From a virus (Duplodnaviria > Caudoviricetes): 64,000 bases of DNA. Within the stretch, counting starts at the first letter, position 1; each line of letters opens with the position of its first letter. Below are positions 1-7,871 of the stretch, piece by piece. The notes beneath the pieces were generated by a model, which worked only from the letters and a program-made list of their open reading frames with translations, searched no databases and was not told the origin of the DNA. The stretch covers positions 4,412 through 68,411 of the IMG/VR virus record IMGVR_UViG_3300011008_001623. One strand, written 5' to 3'. Made by a program: the position numbers and the translations under genes.

Positions 1-121
1 ATTTTGGAATATGCAATGTTTTTAATTTTATTTCAATACTGCACTGATATTCGTAAGATATATGTATATTTTTATACTGTTTTACAGGAAAATGTTTTTC
101 ACTTAGTAATTTTATTTCCAT
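1..121 (-). CDS. hypothetical protein, 5' part only (runs off the window)
   Basis: ATG at 121-119 preceded by GAAGGTGA RBS on the minus strand; open to position 1 (MEIKLLSEKHFPVKQY...). Confidence 0.5.
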   Translation of the reverse strand, partial: MEIKLLSEKHFPVKQYKNIHISYEYQCSIEIKLKTLHIPK

Positions 122-223
122 AGCATCACCTTCTAATTTATTTTAGGAAGAAAAGTTGTTTTTAGTGACTAAAATTTTTTATACAAGGTGTACTTTTTTA
201 AGATTATATGTTAAAATAAAAAA

Positions 224-346
224 GAATTAATTCCTTAAAGGGGCAAGGAATTAATTTCAAGGTTTTACATTTTTTGACTAAGACTGTGCGAAAAACTTAC
301 GAAAAAATTGTAAATCCAAAAAGGCGGTATTTTACCGCCTTTTGCT
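224..346 (+). ncRNA. candidate small structured RNA (ORF-less promoter-terminator unit)
   Basis: TGTACT-N17-TAAAAT with TG extension at 189-217; stacked hairpins near 226-257 and 262-318; intrinsic terminator AAAAGGCGGTA/TACCGCCTTTT at about 320-346. Confidence 0.35.
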
Positions 347-422
347 TTTCCTTCCGCAGAAGGGGCTAAAATAATGAGGAGAGATTTTTTCTCTCCTTTT
401 TATTTTTTTTCAAAAAAGACTA

Positions 423-451
423 TTTACTTTTGGCTTCAGTCATGATATAAT
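423..451 (+). promoter_or_regulatory. sigma70/SigA-type promoter for ncRNA-1
   Basis: TTTACT-N17-TATAAT with TG extended -10. Confidence 0.75.
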
Positions 452-456
452 TATTA

Positions 457-750
457 ATGTCAGGAACGTCTTTAGTAGATTTAATATGGATTAAAGCGAT
501 TTGTATTGAATTTGCGTGTACCAACTTTCAGCGTTCCACAATGTCGAGGATATTTGATGATTAGCGTACGGAATTGTCAGAAGAATTGGCGTTGTCACAG
601 TAACTTCAAGCTGGCTTTTAGGCGACATGAAGAACCTGGGTATGTTCTAACTGCCCCAAGGTATGTGTATATTTTCGCGTACCTATGTCATACTCAAGGA
701 ATAGCTCAAAAGTAACACTTTGCAGGTGTCTGGCTTTTGGGCTATTTTTT
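457..750 (+). ncRNA. structured ncRNA-1, unknown family, paralog of ncRNA-2
   Basis: Own promoter; stems GGAACG/CGTTCC, AGGTATGTG/CGCGTACCT and AATAGCTCAAAAG/CTTTTGGGCTATT plus U-tract; core 604-663 aligns with 979-1034 with compensatory changes. Confidence 0.75.
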
Positions 751-820
751 GATTTAATTGGTGGAGGAATAGACTGAGTAATTTATAAACAAATAAGGTA
801 TTAGCGATAAAAACTTTTTA

Positions 821-848
821 TTTACTTTTAAATGCATGATGATATAAT
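821..848 (+). promoter_or_regulatory. SigA-type promoter for ncRNA-2
   Basis: TTTACT-N16-TATAAT with TG extension. Confidence 0.65.
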
Positions 849-854
849 TAAAAA

Positions 855-1162
855 TGTAAGCGGAAATGCTTAGGAAAGTGAAAGGTTACGCCCTTGCAGT
901 TTTCCCATACCATATTAAGTATTTCTAATTACATGCCTTTATTCGAATTGGAGCTATTTGAATAATTGGCAAGGCTATCTTCAACCTGCTTTAGGCAATC
1001 GAAGAGTCCTCGGCATGACATAACTGCCGTACGGTGAGATGAATCTTGCTCAATTCGATTTTACCAAACCATAATGGCATTTAATTACAGTTTCCTGTAT
1101 TTATGTTGAGAACACACTAGTCATTATGGAAAAAAGAGATATCTTTCGGGATATCTCTTTTT
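855..1162 (+). ncRNA. structured ncRNA-2, unknown family, paralog of ncRNA-1
   Basis: No ORF; stems GGAAATGCTT/AAGTATTTCT, TGCC/GGCA enclosing ATTCGAAT/ATTTGAAT, CGGCA/TGCCG, GGTGAGAT/ATTTTACC and CCATAATGGC/GTCATTATGG; ends in a terminator. Confidence 0.75.
1131..1162. terminator. bidirectional intrinsic terminator
   Basis: AAAAAGAGATATC-TTTCGG-GATATCTCTTTTT between ncRNA-2 and the convergent CDS. Confidence 0.85.
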
Positions 1163-1965
1163 TAATGCCTTAATCTAGCGACACGAGTATTTAGACATCG
1201 CGATTCATAATCATCACTAGATACATATACTTTTTTAACACCTAATTCGCTTTTTACAAGATTAGGAAGACTTTCAGACATTTTGCCACTTACAACATCA
1301 ATAAAAGCAAGATTACCTTTAATATGTCCAAAACAAAGACTTGAAATGTCTAATGTTTCTTCTATTAATTCAATAGAATCTTCTCTTTGTGACAAACTTT
1401 CTAATTCTTCCGCAAGAAATTCAAAATCTTCATCATCTTTTTGTGATTTAGCATAATCCGCTAAAGATTCAGTATGAGTCTGGCCATTCTTTCCTTTAAT
1501 AACAATGTCATTATTAATAACAATAAAGGGATAATCTCGATTATATGTATCTAAACGCAAAGTAAAAAATTGTGTTCCAATTGGTTCATTACTTTTTTCT
1601 AATTCTTCTAAAGGAACATCTTTATTATTGGCGATTAAATCCTGTAAATCTCCTAATTCAGGAGATACAAAATATTCTTTTTTATCAATGTCATTCAAGA
1701 TATAATCTTGAATTTTGTAGTATAAATCATAATCTATATATCCAGCAATTTCTTCTGCATTATTTTTGTATTCTTCATTGTTTTTATCAATTAATGGAAT
1801 ATAAGAATCAATTGCTTTTAACATATCATTTTTATTATTCTTTTTATTATTTTCTTCATATTTGCCTTTTTCAAAGTAATAGTCAATAAAATCTGGAATA
1901 CTGAATTCTTCAAAAGCTTGTTTGATTAATAATTCGATATTGTTGGCTTTTTTTAATCGCTTCAT
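1162..1965 (-). CDS. hypothetical acidic protein with MKRLKKA leader; C-terminal domain paralogous to a domain of 25549..27588
   Basis: 267 aa ORF; NRD..I..........TH...L, FGH....AFI and KVY...RVA.L motifs shared with the 679 aa protein. Confidence 0.85.
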   Translation of the reverse strand: MKRLKKANNIELLIKQAFEEFSIPDFIDYYFEKGKYEENNKKNNKNDMLKAIDSYIPLIDKNNEEYKNNAEEIAGYIDYDLYYKIQDYILNDIDKKEYFVSPELGDLQDLIANNKDVPLEELEKSNEPIGTQFFTLRLDTYNRDYPFIVINNDIVIKGKNGQTHTESLADYAKSQKDDEDFEFLAEELESLSQREDSIELIEETLDISSLCFGHIKGNLAFIDVVSGKMSESLPNLVKSELGVKKVYVSSDDYESRCLNTRVARLRH

Positions 1966-2234
1966 AATCCTAATTTTTCTCCATTTTCTTCCATAATATC
2001 TTTTAATTCGAATTGATAGAAATTTTCAAATTCAGCATCCAAATCACGAGAATATTCTTCACACATAAATTCAGGATTATCTTCCCAATCTTCTAAAAGG
2101 CATCCAGTTTCATCAATAACTTCACCTTCATAAAGTAATTCAATCATATTTGTATCATAATTATAACGAAAATCATTTCCATTTACATGATATACTTTAC
2201 TAATTTTATCAGCTTTTTTTACTAATCTTTTCAT
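1962..2234 (-). CDS. small acidic protein with MKRLVKKA leader
   Basis: 90 aa ORF, GAAGGTGA RBS, ATGA overlap with the next gene. Confidence 0.85.
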   Translation of the reverse strand: MKRLVKKADKISKVYHVNGNDFRYNYDTNMIELLYEGEVIDETGCLLEDWEDNPEFMCEEYSRDLDAEFENFYQFELKDIMEENGEKLGL

Positions 2235-2348
2235 TTTATCACCTTCTAATTTTAAAATAATTGCATTATGTATTTTATAAAATAAGAGTTTTACTTTTTA
2301 GAGAAATTATGATAAAATAATTAAGTTTGCAAAAAGGAGGGAAAAAAG

Positions 2349-2567
2349 TTGCAACCAATTGCACCCATAAATAATGCATATACGCAGTATCAGTATATGC
2401 AACAAAATCAATATCAGCAAAATCATAAACAAAAACAAGATGTTGATACTAATGAAGATAATGATACATTCGAGCATAGTAGTTATTCACCTTATTCAAT
2501 GTATGATAGTAAAGGAAATCTTTACAATAACTGCATTGCACGAAGAATAGTTAATATGAATTGTTAA
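2349..2567 (+). CDS. small Gln/Asn-rich hypothetical protein
   Basis: TTG start with AGGAGG RBS; promoter TTTACT-N17-TAAAAT at 2290-2318. Confidence 0.6.
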   Translation: MQPIAPINNAYTQYQYMQQNQYQQNHKQKQDVDTNEDNDTFEHSSYSPYSMYDSKGNLYNNCIARRIVNMNC

Positions 2568-2638
2568 TTTTGAGGAAAAAATTAAAAATTTTGTTATTGA
2601 CTATTTACAATTAAAAGATTTTGTGGTATACTATTATT

Positions 2639-2770
2639 GAGAGGAAAAAATGGAATCCCACCTAAGTCGTTTCATTATTTCTTTTCAAAAACACTTCCTT
2701 GGCGATTTTGCCAAAAACACAGCAAAGAAAAAACCCATTTATCAAAAAGGCCCCTTAATGGGGCTTTTTT
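2639..2770 (+). ncRNA. candidate small RNA (~130 nt)
   Basis: Promoter TTTACA-N17-TATACT at 2604-2632; stems AAATGG/CCATTT, TTTCTT/AAGAAA and TTGGC/GCCAA; terminator AGGCCCC-TTAAT-GGGGCTTTTTT. Confidence 0.5.
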
Positions 2771-2805
2771 GATTTATGCAAGCATTGATATGTGTAACCA
2801 TGGAT

Positions 2806-3156
2806 TTATGCTAATATCCATTTTTCTGAAAGATATTCATCATGAGATAGTTTATGATTTAAATAACACATTTCTCCGTCTACTAATACAACACTTTCTA
2901 AATCATCGGTCATATACAAATATTTGTTATTCCAGTCTTCTAATTTAATCTTTTTCCCTTCTTCTAATTTTTTCCAGGCTTCATTGATATTCATGTATTT
3001 TGTGAATTTTTTTCTAAAAGAATCATTATCATAGAAATTTCCATTAATAACATATCCTTCAATTTTCTGTGGTTCGTTGTCAATATACTGAGTTACGCTT
3101 GACAATTCGCCTTCCATGTATTTCCCATCACCTAAAAAGATTTTCATATTTATCAC
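2806..3156 (-). CDS. hypothetical protein
   Basis: 116 aa ORF with GAGGTGA RBS. Confidence 0.75.
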   Translation of the reverse strand: MINMKIFLGDGKYMEGELSSVTQYIDNEPQKIEGYVINGNFYDNDSFRKKFTKYMNINEAWKKLEEGKKIKLEDWNNKYLYMTDDLESVVLVDGEMCYLNHKLSHDEYLSEKWILA

Positions 3157-3186
3157 CTCTTTTTTATTTTAGAAAAATGTGTTAGT

Positions 3187-3333
3187 TTAATTTTTAATGT
3201 AACGAATAAATAATAACACATCCTTTAAAAAATAAAAAATGGATAGTAACAGATTTAATAAGATAAAAATGAGTCTAATGATTCCTTGTGAGTCTGCAGT
3301 CTTTGTTCGTTTCAGTTTATGTGCATAAAACAT
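3187..3333 (-). CDS. 48 aa membrane peptide
   Basis: ATG at 3333 behind an AGGAGG RBS (the longer ORF call is probably over-extended); basic N-terminus followed by a hydrophobic helix. Confidence 0.6.
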   Translation of the reverse strand: MFYAHKLKRTKTADSQGIIRLIFILLNLLLSIFYFLKDVLLFIRYIKN

Positions 3334-3443
3334 AAAACCTCCTTGCTTCAGCAGATACATTATGTGTCTGCTATTTTTTTTATAAAAAAAGTATTTACAT
3401 TCATAGAAAAAATGGTACAATAATAATTAGAGGTGATAATAAA

Positions 3444-3821
3444 ATGTTAAAGAAAATGTTAGTAGCAGGATTATTTGGTATGGCTGTTTTTTCTTCATCT
3501 ATTGCAAGTGCTGAATATATAGTAGCACATGAAGAAACGTATTATGAAAAATATGTAATAGATACTCAGTCGATTTTCCAGCCTAAGGATAAAAATAATG
3601 AATTACGAGATGATGAATTCAACGTTTTAGTTTGGAAATATACAGATCCTAATGGTGAGAAAAAACCGACCGCGTATGTATATAAATTTAAATGTGGAAA
3701 TGATGAACGCTGGAGAATTTTTACGAAAAAGAATAACGATGATGAAGGAAGTTATAAGAAAATCGAAAAAGGGTCTTTAGCTCATGAAATCTTAATAAAA
3801 TCTCTTCCTTATGTTCGTTAA
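3444..3821 (+). CDS. secreted hypothetical protein
   Basis: N-terminal signal peptide MLKKMLVAGLFGMAVFSSSIASA; early-type promoter at 3394-3421. Confidence 0.8.
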   Translation: MLKKMLVAGLFGMAVFSSSIASAEYIVAHEETYYEKYVIDTQSIFQPKDKNNELRDDEFNVLVWKYTDPNGEKKPTAYVYKFKCGNDERWRIFTKKNNDDEGSYKKIEKGSLAHEILIKSLPYVR

Positions 3822-3869
3822 TCAAATAAGAAAAAGAGTCTCATTTGAGGCTCTTTTTTAATGTCGCTA

Positions 3870-3898
3870 TTTACATTTTTATATATTTTTGATACAAT
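3870..3898 (+). promoter_or_regulatory. early-type promoter (CTATTTACA-N15-TG-N-TAYAAT class)
   Basis: TTTACA-N17-TACAAT; the same pattern recurs at 10119, 11275, 42940 and 50404. Confidence 0.75.
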
Positions 3899-4019
3899 AT
3901 TTATAGAGATTTTAGGAAAATTGAATAGAGTAAATTAAAGAAATGGGAGATTAATTTGTAGAGAAAATGCATATTATTAATTGTGATGATAAAAATTTTA
4001 TTAATGTGGGGTAAATGAT

Positions 4020-4166
4020 ATGCAAAAAACATTGGATGAATTGATTAAAAGAAGAGAATTAGCATTATTGGAAATTAAGACAAATAAGAAAACAAAACGA
4101 TTCAACAAAAGATTAATTGAACGGTTAAACAAAGAAATTGGATTGAGATTAATTCCATTATCTTAG
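4020..4166 (+). CDS. 48 aa basic hypothetical protein
   Basis: ORF below track cutoff (MQKTLDELIKRRELALLEIK...), fills the gap in the operon. Confidence 0.45.
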   Translation: MQKTLDELIKRRELALLEIKTNKKTKRFNKRLIERLNKEIGLRLIPLS

Positions 4167-4176
4167 GGGGATTGTA

Positions 4177-4860
4177 ATGGAAAGACAAATTGTTTTTAAA
4201 GCATTGACTGGCCCAAGAAATTATAACTTAAATATTGAATTAGACGAAAATTATAAAACTTTTGTAATGCCAACATTTAATGACTTATATGAAAGCATTA
4301 TATATATTGGGCAAAAAAGTTATGATATTAGAAAATTACCTAATTTTATTCAGCAATCAAATTTAAATTTTTTGGAAATGCTTTTTAGTAAAGATATCGC
4401 CGGCGACAATGAATTAATTGATTACTTAAAATGGCATAGATTTGAATTATCAAAAACTAATTTACATGATTTATACTATTTATGCATTAATAATTCAGAT
4501 TACCTAAAATCAAAAATGATAAATCAATCAGTAAAAAAAGGTTATGATTCAAAAACAGCTTGTGAAGCAATTCGTTTATTAGACTTTATTATACGTTTAG
4601 CAAAATACGATTTTAATTTTGAAAAAGCTTTGTGGTATGGAAATTCTTCAGGAAATCAAATTCAAAGATGTTTTTTAATGAATGTCAAATTTGGGAAATA
4701 TAACATTGAAGAAATTTACGAATTTTTAAATGAATATAGAGAAAAAGCTGTTCAATATAAAAATCTATTTATTCATCAAAAAGTAAATTCAAATGAATTA
4801 AATCAATTAAATGAATTTATTAAAAATTACGTAAGGAAAGGAATACAAAATGAACTTTGA
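4177..4860 (+). CDS. RlaP/Pol-beta-like nucleotidyltransferase homolog, catalytic motif degenerate
   Basis: LTGPRNYNLNIELDENYKTFVMPTFNDLY resembles the GS-x-NYNL..SDxDxK signature but has GP and DxN. Confidence 0.6.
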   Translation: MERQIVFKALTGPRNYNLNIELDENYKTFVMPTFNDLYESIIYIGQKSYDIRKLPNFIQQSNLNFLEMLFSKDIAGDNELIDYLKWHRFELSKTNLHDLYYLCINNSDYLKSKMINQSVKKGYDSKTACEAIRLLDFIIRLAKYDFNFEKALWYGNSSGNQIQRCFLMNVKFGKYNIEEIYEFLNEYREKAVQYKNLFIHQKVNSNELNQLNEFIKNYVRKGIQNEL

Positions 4861-5671
4861 TGAAATTGGAATGCGAATGAAACATGATTATGAAGATCGA
4901 TATAGATTTGAATTAACGCGTAGAGTACCTGTAATAATTCGAATTGATGGGAGAAGTTTTCATAGTTTCTGCAAAAACCTTGCCAGACCATACGATATGG
5001 TCTTTAAGTTTTCTATGTGGGAAACTGCTAAGGCATTATGTGAAGAAATAATGGGTGCAAAAATAGCTTATGTTCAGTCTGATGAAATTTCTATTTTAGT
5101 ATTAGATTACTCTAATAAAATTGGAACGGCAGCTTATTTTGATTATAATGTACAAAAAATATCTTCAGTAACTGCAGCTTATGCCACAATGGCATTCAAT
5201 AAAGCTTTTTCTGAAAATGTAGCAGAAATGTATTCTCAAATAGATACTCAAAATTCCAAAATAATGAAAGTATATCATGATATATATGGGAAATGTTTGT
5301 ATAAAGCTACTTTTGATTCTAGAGTATTTAATATTCCTGAAAAAGAAGTTTGCAACTATTTTATTTGGAGGCAATTGGATGCTACCCGTAATAGTATTCA
5401 AATGTCTGCCAGATGTGTATTTTCGCAAAAAGAATTACAGAATATTAGTACTAAAAAACTGCAATATAAAATGTTAACAGAGAAAAATGTAAATTGGAAT
5501 GATTATCCTACTTTCTTTAAACGTGGAGTTTGTATTGAAAAAAGAAAAGTCGTATTAGAATCATCAAATAAAGGTGTAGTAGAACGGGAAAAATGGTTTG
5601 TCAATAATGAGATTCCTATTTTTACTCAGGATAGAGATTATATTGAAAATTTGTTAAAATTGGAGAATTAA
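4850..5671 (+). CDS. thg1: tRNA(His) guanylyltransferase Thg1-like protein (3'-5' polymerase)
   Basis: IIRIDGRSFH, YVQSDEIS, FDSRVF, NYFIWRQLDATRNSI and FKRG motifs. Confidence 0.93.
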   Translation: MNFDEIGMRMKHDYEDRYRFELTRRVPVIIRIDGRSFHSFCKNLARPYDMVFKFSMWETAKALCEEIMGAKIAYVQSDEISILVLDYSNKIGTAAYFDYNVQKISSVTAAYATMAFNKAFSENVAEMYSQIDTQNSKIMKVYHDIYGKCLYKATFDSRVFNIPEKEVCNYFIWRQLDATRNSIQMSARCVFSQKELQNISTKKLQYKMLTEKNVNWNDYPTFFKRGVCIEKRKVVLESSNKGVVEREKWFVNNEIPIFTQDRDYIENLLKLEN

Positions 5672-5845
5672 ATGTGTAATTGTTTGTGTAAAACGTGCCC
5701 TCATAAAATAGAGTGTAATTTGTGTTTAATATGCAATACAAGAGAGTCATTTGGAATGTCTCCATATGAGATTAAGGATTGTTTATTGAATAAAAAAACA
5801 AAAAACATTAGAGATGATTCTAGGAGGTGTAGTGATGGTCATTGA
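5672..5845 (+). CDS. 57 aa Cys-rich peptide (9 Cys)
   Basis: MCNCLCKTCPHKIECNLCLICNTRES...; GGAGA RBS; starts 1 nt after the thg1 stop and overlaps the radical SAM start. Confidence 0.6.
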   Translation: MCNCLCKTCPHKIECNLCLICNTRESFGMSPYEIKDCLLNKKTKNIRDDSRRCSDGH

Positions 5846-6959
5846 GTATTTTGACAAAAAATATAATTTCATGGAAATCTTTAATAATAAAACAGGACAA
5901 TATATTCGTACAGGAATTTTAAAAGATGGGAAAGATACTGGTATTGACCCATTTCAAAGAAGTTTTCCAGGATTATTAGATGTCGGTATTATGGGAGGAT
6001 GTAAATCTGCTAGCTTAGGACTTTGTCGTGCTGGTGGAAAACACTCAGGATGCTATCAAGGTGCCAGACCTTATAATCCTTCTAATGATATGAAATTAGA
6101 AGATTTTAAACAAATTGTAGATGAAGGAAAATGTCATGGATTAATGCAGATTGCACTTGGTGGAGCTGGAAATCCTAATGACCATGAACATTTTAAAGAG
6201 ATTTGTGAGTATGCCAGAAAAAATGAAATTATTCCTAATTATACTACAGCAGGAATTGGTTTAACGTATGATATGGCTGCAATTACAAAAGAATATTGTG
6301 GAGCTGTTGCGGTTTCTTGGTATTCTCAGTATTTTACTGTAGCAGCATTAAATCGTTTTAGAGATGCAGGATGTAAAGTTAATATTCATTATGTATTATC
6401 TAAAGAAACGATTAAAGATGCAATTCAGTTATTAAAAAATCATACATTGAATTTTGAAGCAAGATGTGGATGCATTAATCAATATGATTTAAGTGAGAAA
6501 AAAGTTAATGCTATTATTTTCCTTTTATATAAACCTGTTGGTTTAGGGAGAATAGAAAATGTATTAAATCTTACTGAAGATAAAGATACATTGCAAGAAT
6601 TTTTCTTTTTAATTTCAGAATCACATCCATTTAAAATTGGATTTGATAGCTGCAGCGTTCCTGGAATTATTAATTATAATCATGACATTGATTTAAATAG
6701 TTTAGATACTTGTGAAGGTGGAAGGTTTTCTGCTTATATCAATGCAAATATGATTATGACTACTTGTAGTTTTGACCAAGAATTAAAATATGGAGTTTCT
6801 TTACGTAACCATACAATTAAAGAAGCTTGGAATAGCGAAAAATTTGAATCATTTAGAAACAAAATGAAAAATTCTTGCGTAAATTGTTCTAAACATGATT
6901 ATTGTTATGGTGGATGTCCTTTAAAAAAGGAAATCGTACTGTGTGGTGACTTAAAGTGA
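5835..6959 (+). CDS. radical SAM enzyme with SPASM domain and non-canonical Cys spacing
   Basis: C-x7-C-x8-C-YQ cluster motif, ALGGAGNP, YTTAG; C-terminal CEGGRFSAYI..TCSF and CVNCSKHDYCYGGCP; ATG 5835 after AGGAGG. Confidence 0.88.
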   Translation: MVIEYFDKKYNFMEIFNNKTGQYIRTGILKDGKDTGIDPFQRSFPGLLDVGIMGGCKSASLGLCRAGGKHSGCYQGARPYNPSNDMKLEDFKQIVDEGKCHGLMQIALGGAGNPNDHEHFKEICEYARKNEIIPNYTTAGIGLTYDMAAITKEYCGAVAVSWYSQYFTVAALNRFRDAGCKVNIHYVLSKETIKDAIQLLKNHTLNFEARCGCINQYDLSEKKVNAIIFLLYKPVGLGRIENVLNLTEDKDTLQEFFFLISESHPFKIGFDSCSVPGIINYNHDIDLNSLDTCEGGRFSAYINANMIMTTCSFDQELKYGVSLRNHTIKEAWNSEKFESFRNKMKNSCVNCSKHDYCYGGCPLKKEIVLCGDLK

Positions 6960-7045
6960 ATAAAGATTTTTGGATTTTATTTTCATTAGGATTTTTTATG
7001 ATGGCTTGTTTGTTTTTCATTTTAGGTGATATATTGTTCCATTAA
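6956..7045 (+). CDS. 29 aa membrane peptide
   Basis: GTGA overlap with the rSAM stop; fully hydrophobic core. Confidence 0.4.
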   Translation: MNKDFWILFSLGFFMMACLFFILGDILFH

Positions 7046-7057
7046 AGGAGTTTTAAC

Positions 7058-7321
7058 GTGTTTTTTGGTTATTCTAATAAAGAAATTTTCTTATATATAG
7101 CAGTAAGTGTATTTTTAGCTACTGGAATTTTTTGGGGAGGAATGCATTTTTATATAAGCAAAAAAGCTGAATCAAATCAGTTTCAGCAACATAATTATGT
7201 TATTCATAAAGAACAAATAGATGATGATTTATTTATTTATACAATTAAAGAAAAAGTTTCTGAACGGAAAATTGAAGTAATTAGAGATTTTAAACATAAT
7301 ACTACTGAAATAGTCAAATGA
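7058..7321 (+). CDS. single-pass membrane hypothetical protein
   Basis: 87 aa, N-terminal TM helix, AAGGAG RBS. Confidence 0.75.
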   Translation: MFFGYSNKEIFLYIAVSVFLATGIFWGGMHFYISKKAESNQFQQHNYVIHKEQIDDDLFIYTIKEKVSERKIEVIRDFKHNTTEIVK

Positions 7322-7331
7322 GGCGATATTT

Positions 7332-7493
7332 ATGGAAAAAACACTTCCAAGGCAAAGATTGGAAATTATTTCGAAAATTGACAAAGATACATTGCATTTT
7401 AGAATTGTTAGAGATAATGAGACTAAAAAAGAGTTTTTGATTTCTATATTTTCTACAATTCATGGAGTATCAATGGACGTAAAGGAGTTGTAA
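7332..7493 (+). CDS. 53 aa hypothetical protein
   Basis: ORF below track cutoff (MEKTLPRQRLEIISKIDK...), fills the operon gap. Confidence 0.55.
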   Translation: MEKTLPRQRLEIISKIDKDTLHFRIVRDNETKKEFLISIFSTIHGVSMDVKEL

Positions 7494-7495
7494 AT

Positions 7496-7867
7496 ATGAA
7501 GTATCGCAATGATTTTGTTACCAATTCAAGTTCATCTTCTTATATTTGTGAAATTTGCAAAAGAGAAGATTCTGGTTATAACTTAGGACTTAGTGATTTA
7601 GGATTTGTAGAATGTGTAAATGGACATGTTTTTTGTGAAGAACATTTAATTAATAAAGAAACCAACGAAGATGAAGAATTTGATTCTTGGGGTGTTCCCT
7701 CGGAATATTGTCCAATTTGTCAATTTAAAGAAATTAGCAATGATGATTTAGATATTTACAAAAATGTTTTATTAAAGAAATCAAATGATGAATTAAAAGA
7801 ACAAATTAAAAATGGATTTAAAGACTACAATAATTTTAAAAAGTTCTTAGAAAAAAATAGGAAGTGA
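7496..7867 (+). CDS. FVTNSSSS-leader protein with Zn-binding motifs
   Basis: MKYRNDFVTNSSSSSY; CEIC, CVNGHVFC and CPIC motifs. Confidence 0.85.
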   Translation: MKYRNDFVTNSSSSSYICEICKREDSGYNLGLSDLGFVECVNGHVFCEEHLINKETNEDEEFDSWGVPSEYCPICQFKEISNDDLDIYKNVLLKKSNDELKEQIKNGFKDYNNFKKFLEKNRK

Positions 7868-7871
7868 TAGT

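Noticed and set aside
604-663. Resemblance of ACTGCCCC to the cobalamin riboswitch, and of AGGAAAGTG (ncRNA-2) to RNase P P4
   Set aside because: The other conserved elements of those families are missing, and both units end in terminators without a downstream regulated CDS.
506-715. 69 aa ORF from the track
   Set aside because: TTG start without an RBS, lying inside the structured, covarying ncRNA-1; most likely spurious.
2637-2948. 103 aa ORF from the track
   Set aside because: TTG start at the predicted transcription start with no RBS; crosses a strong terminator and overlaps a real minus-strand gene.
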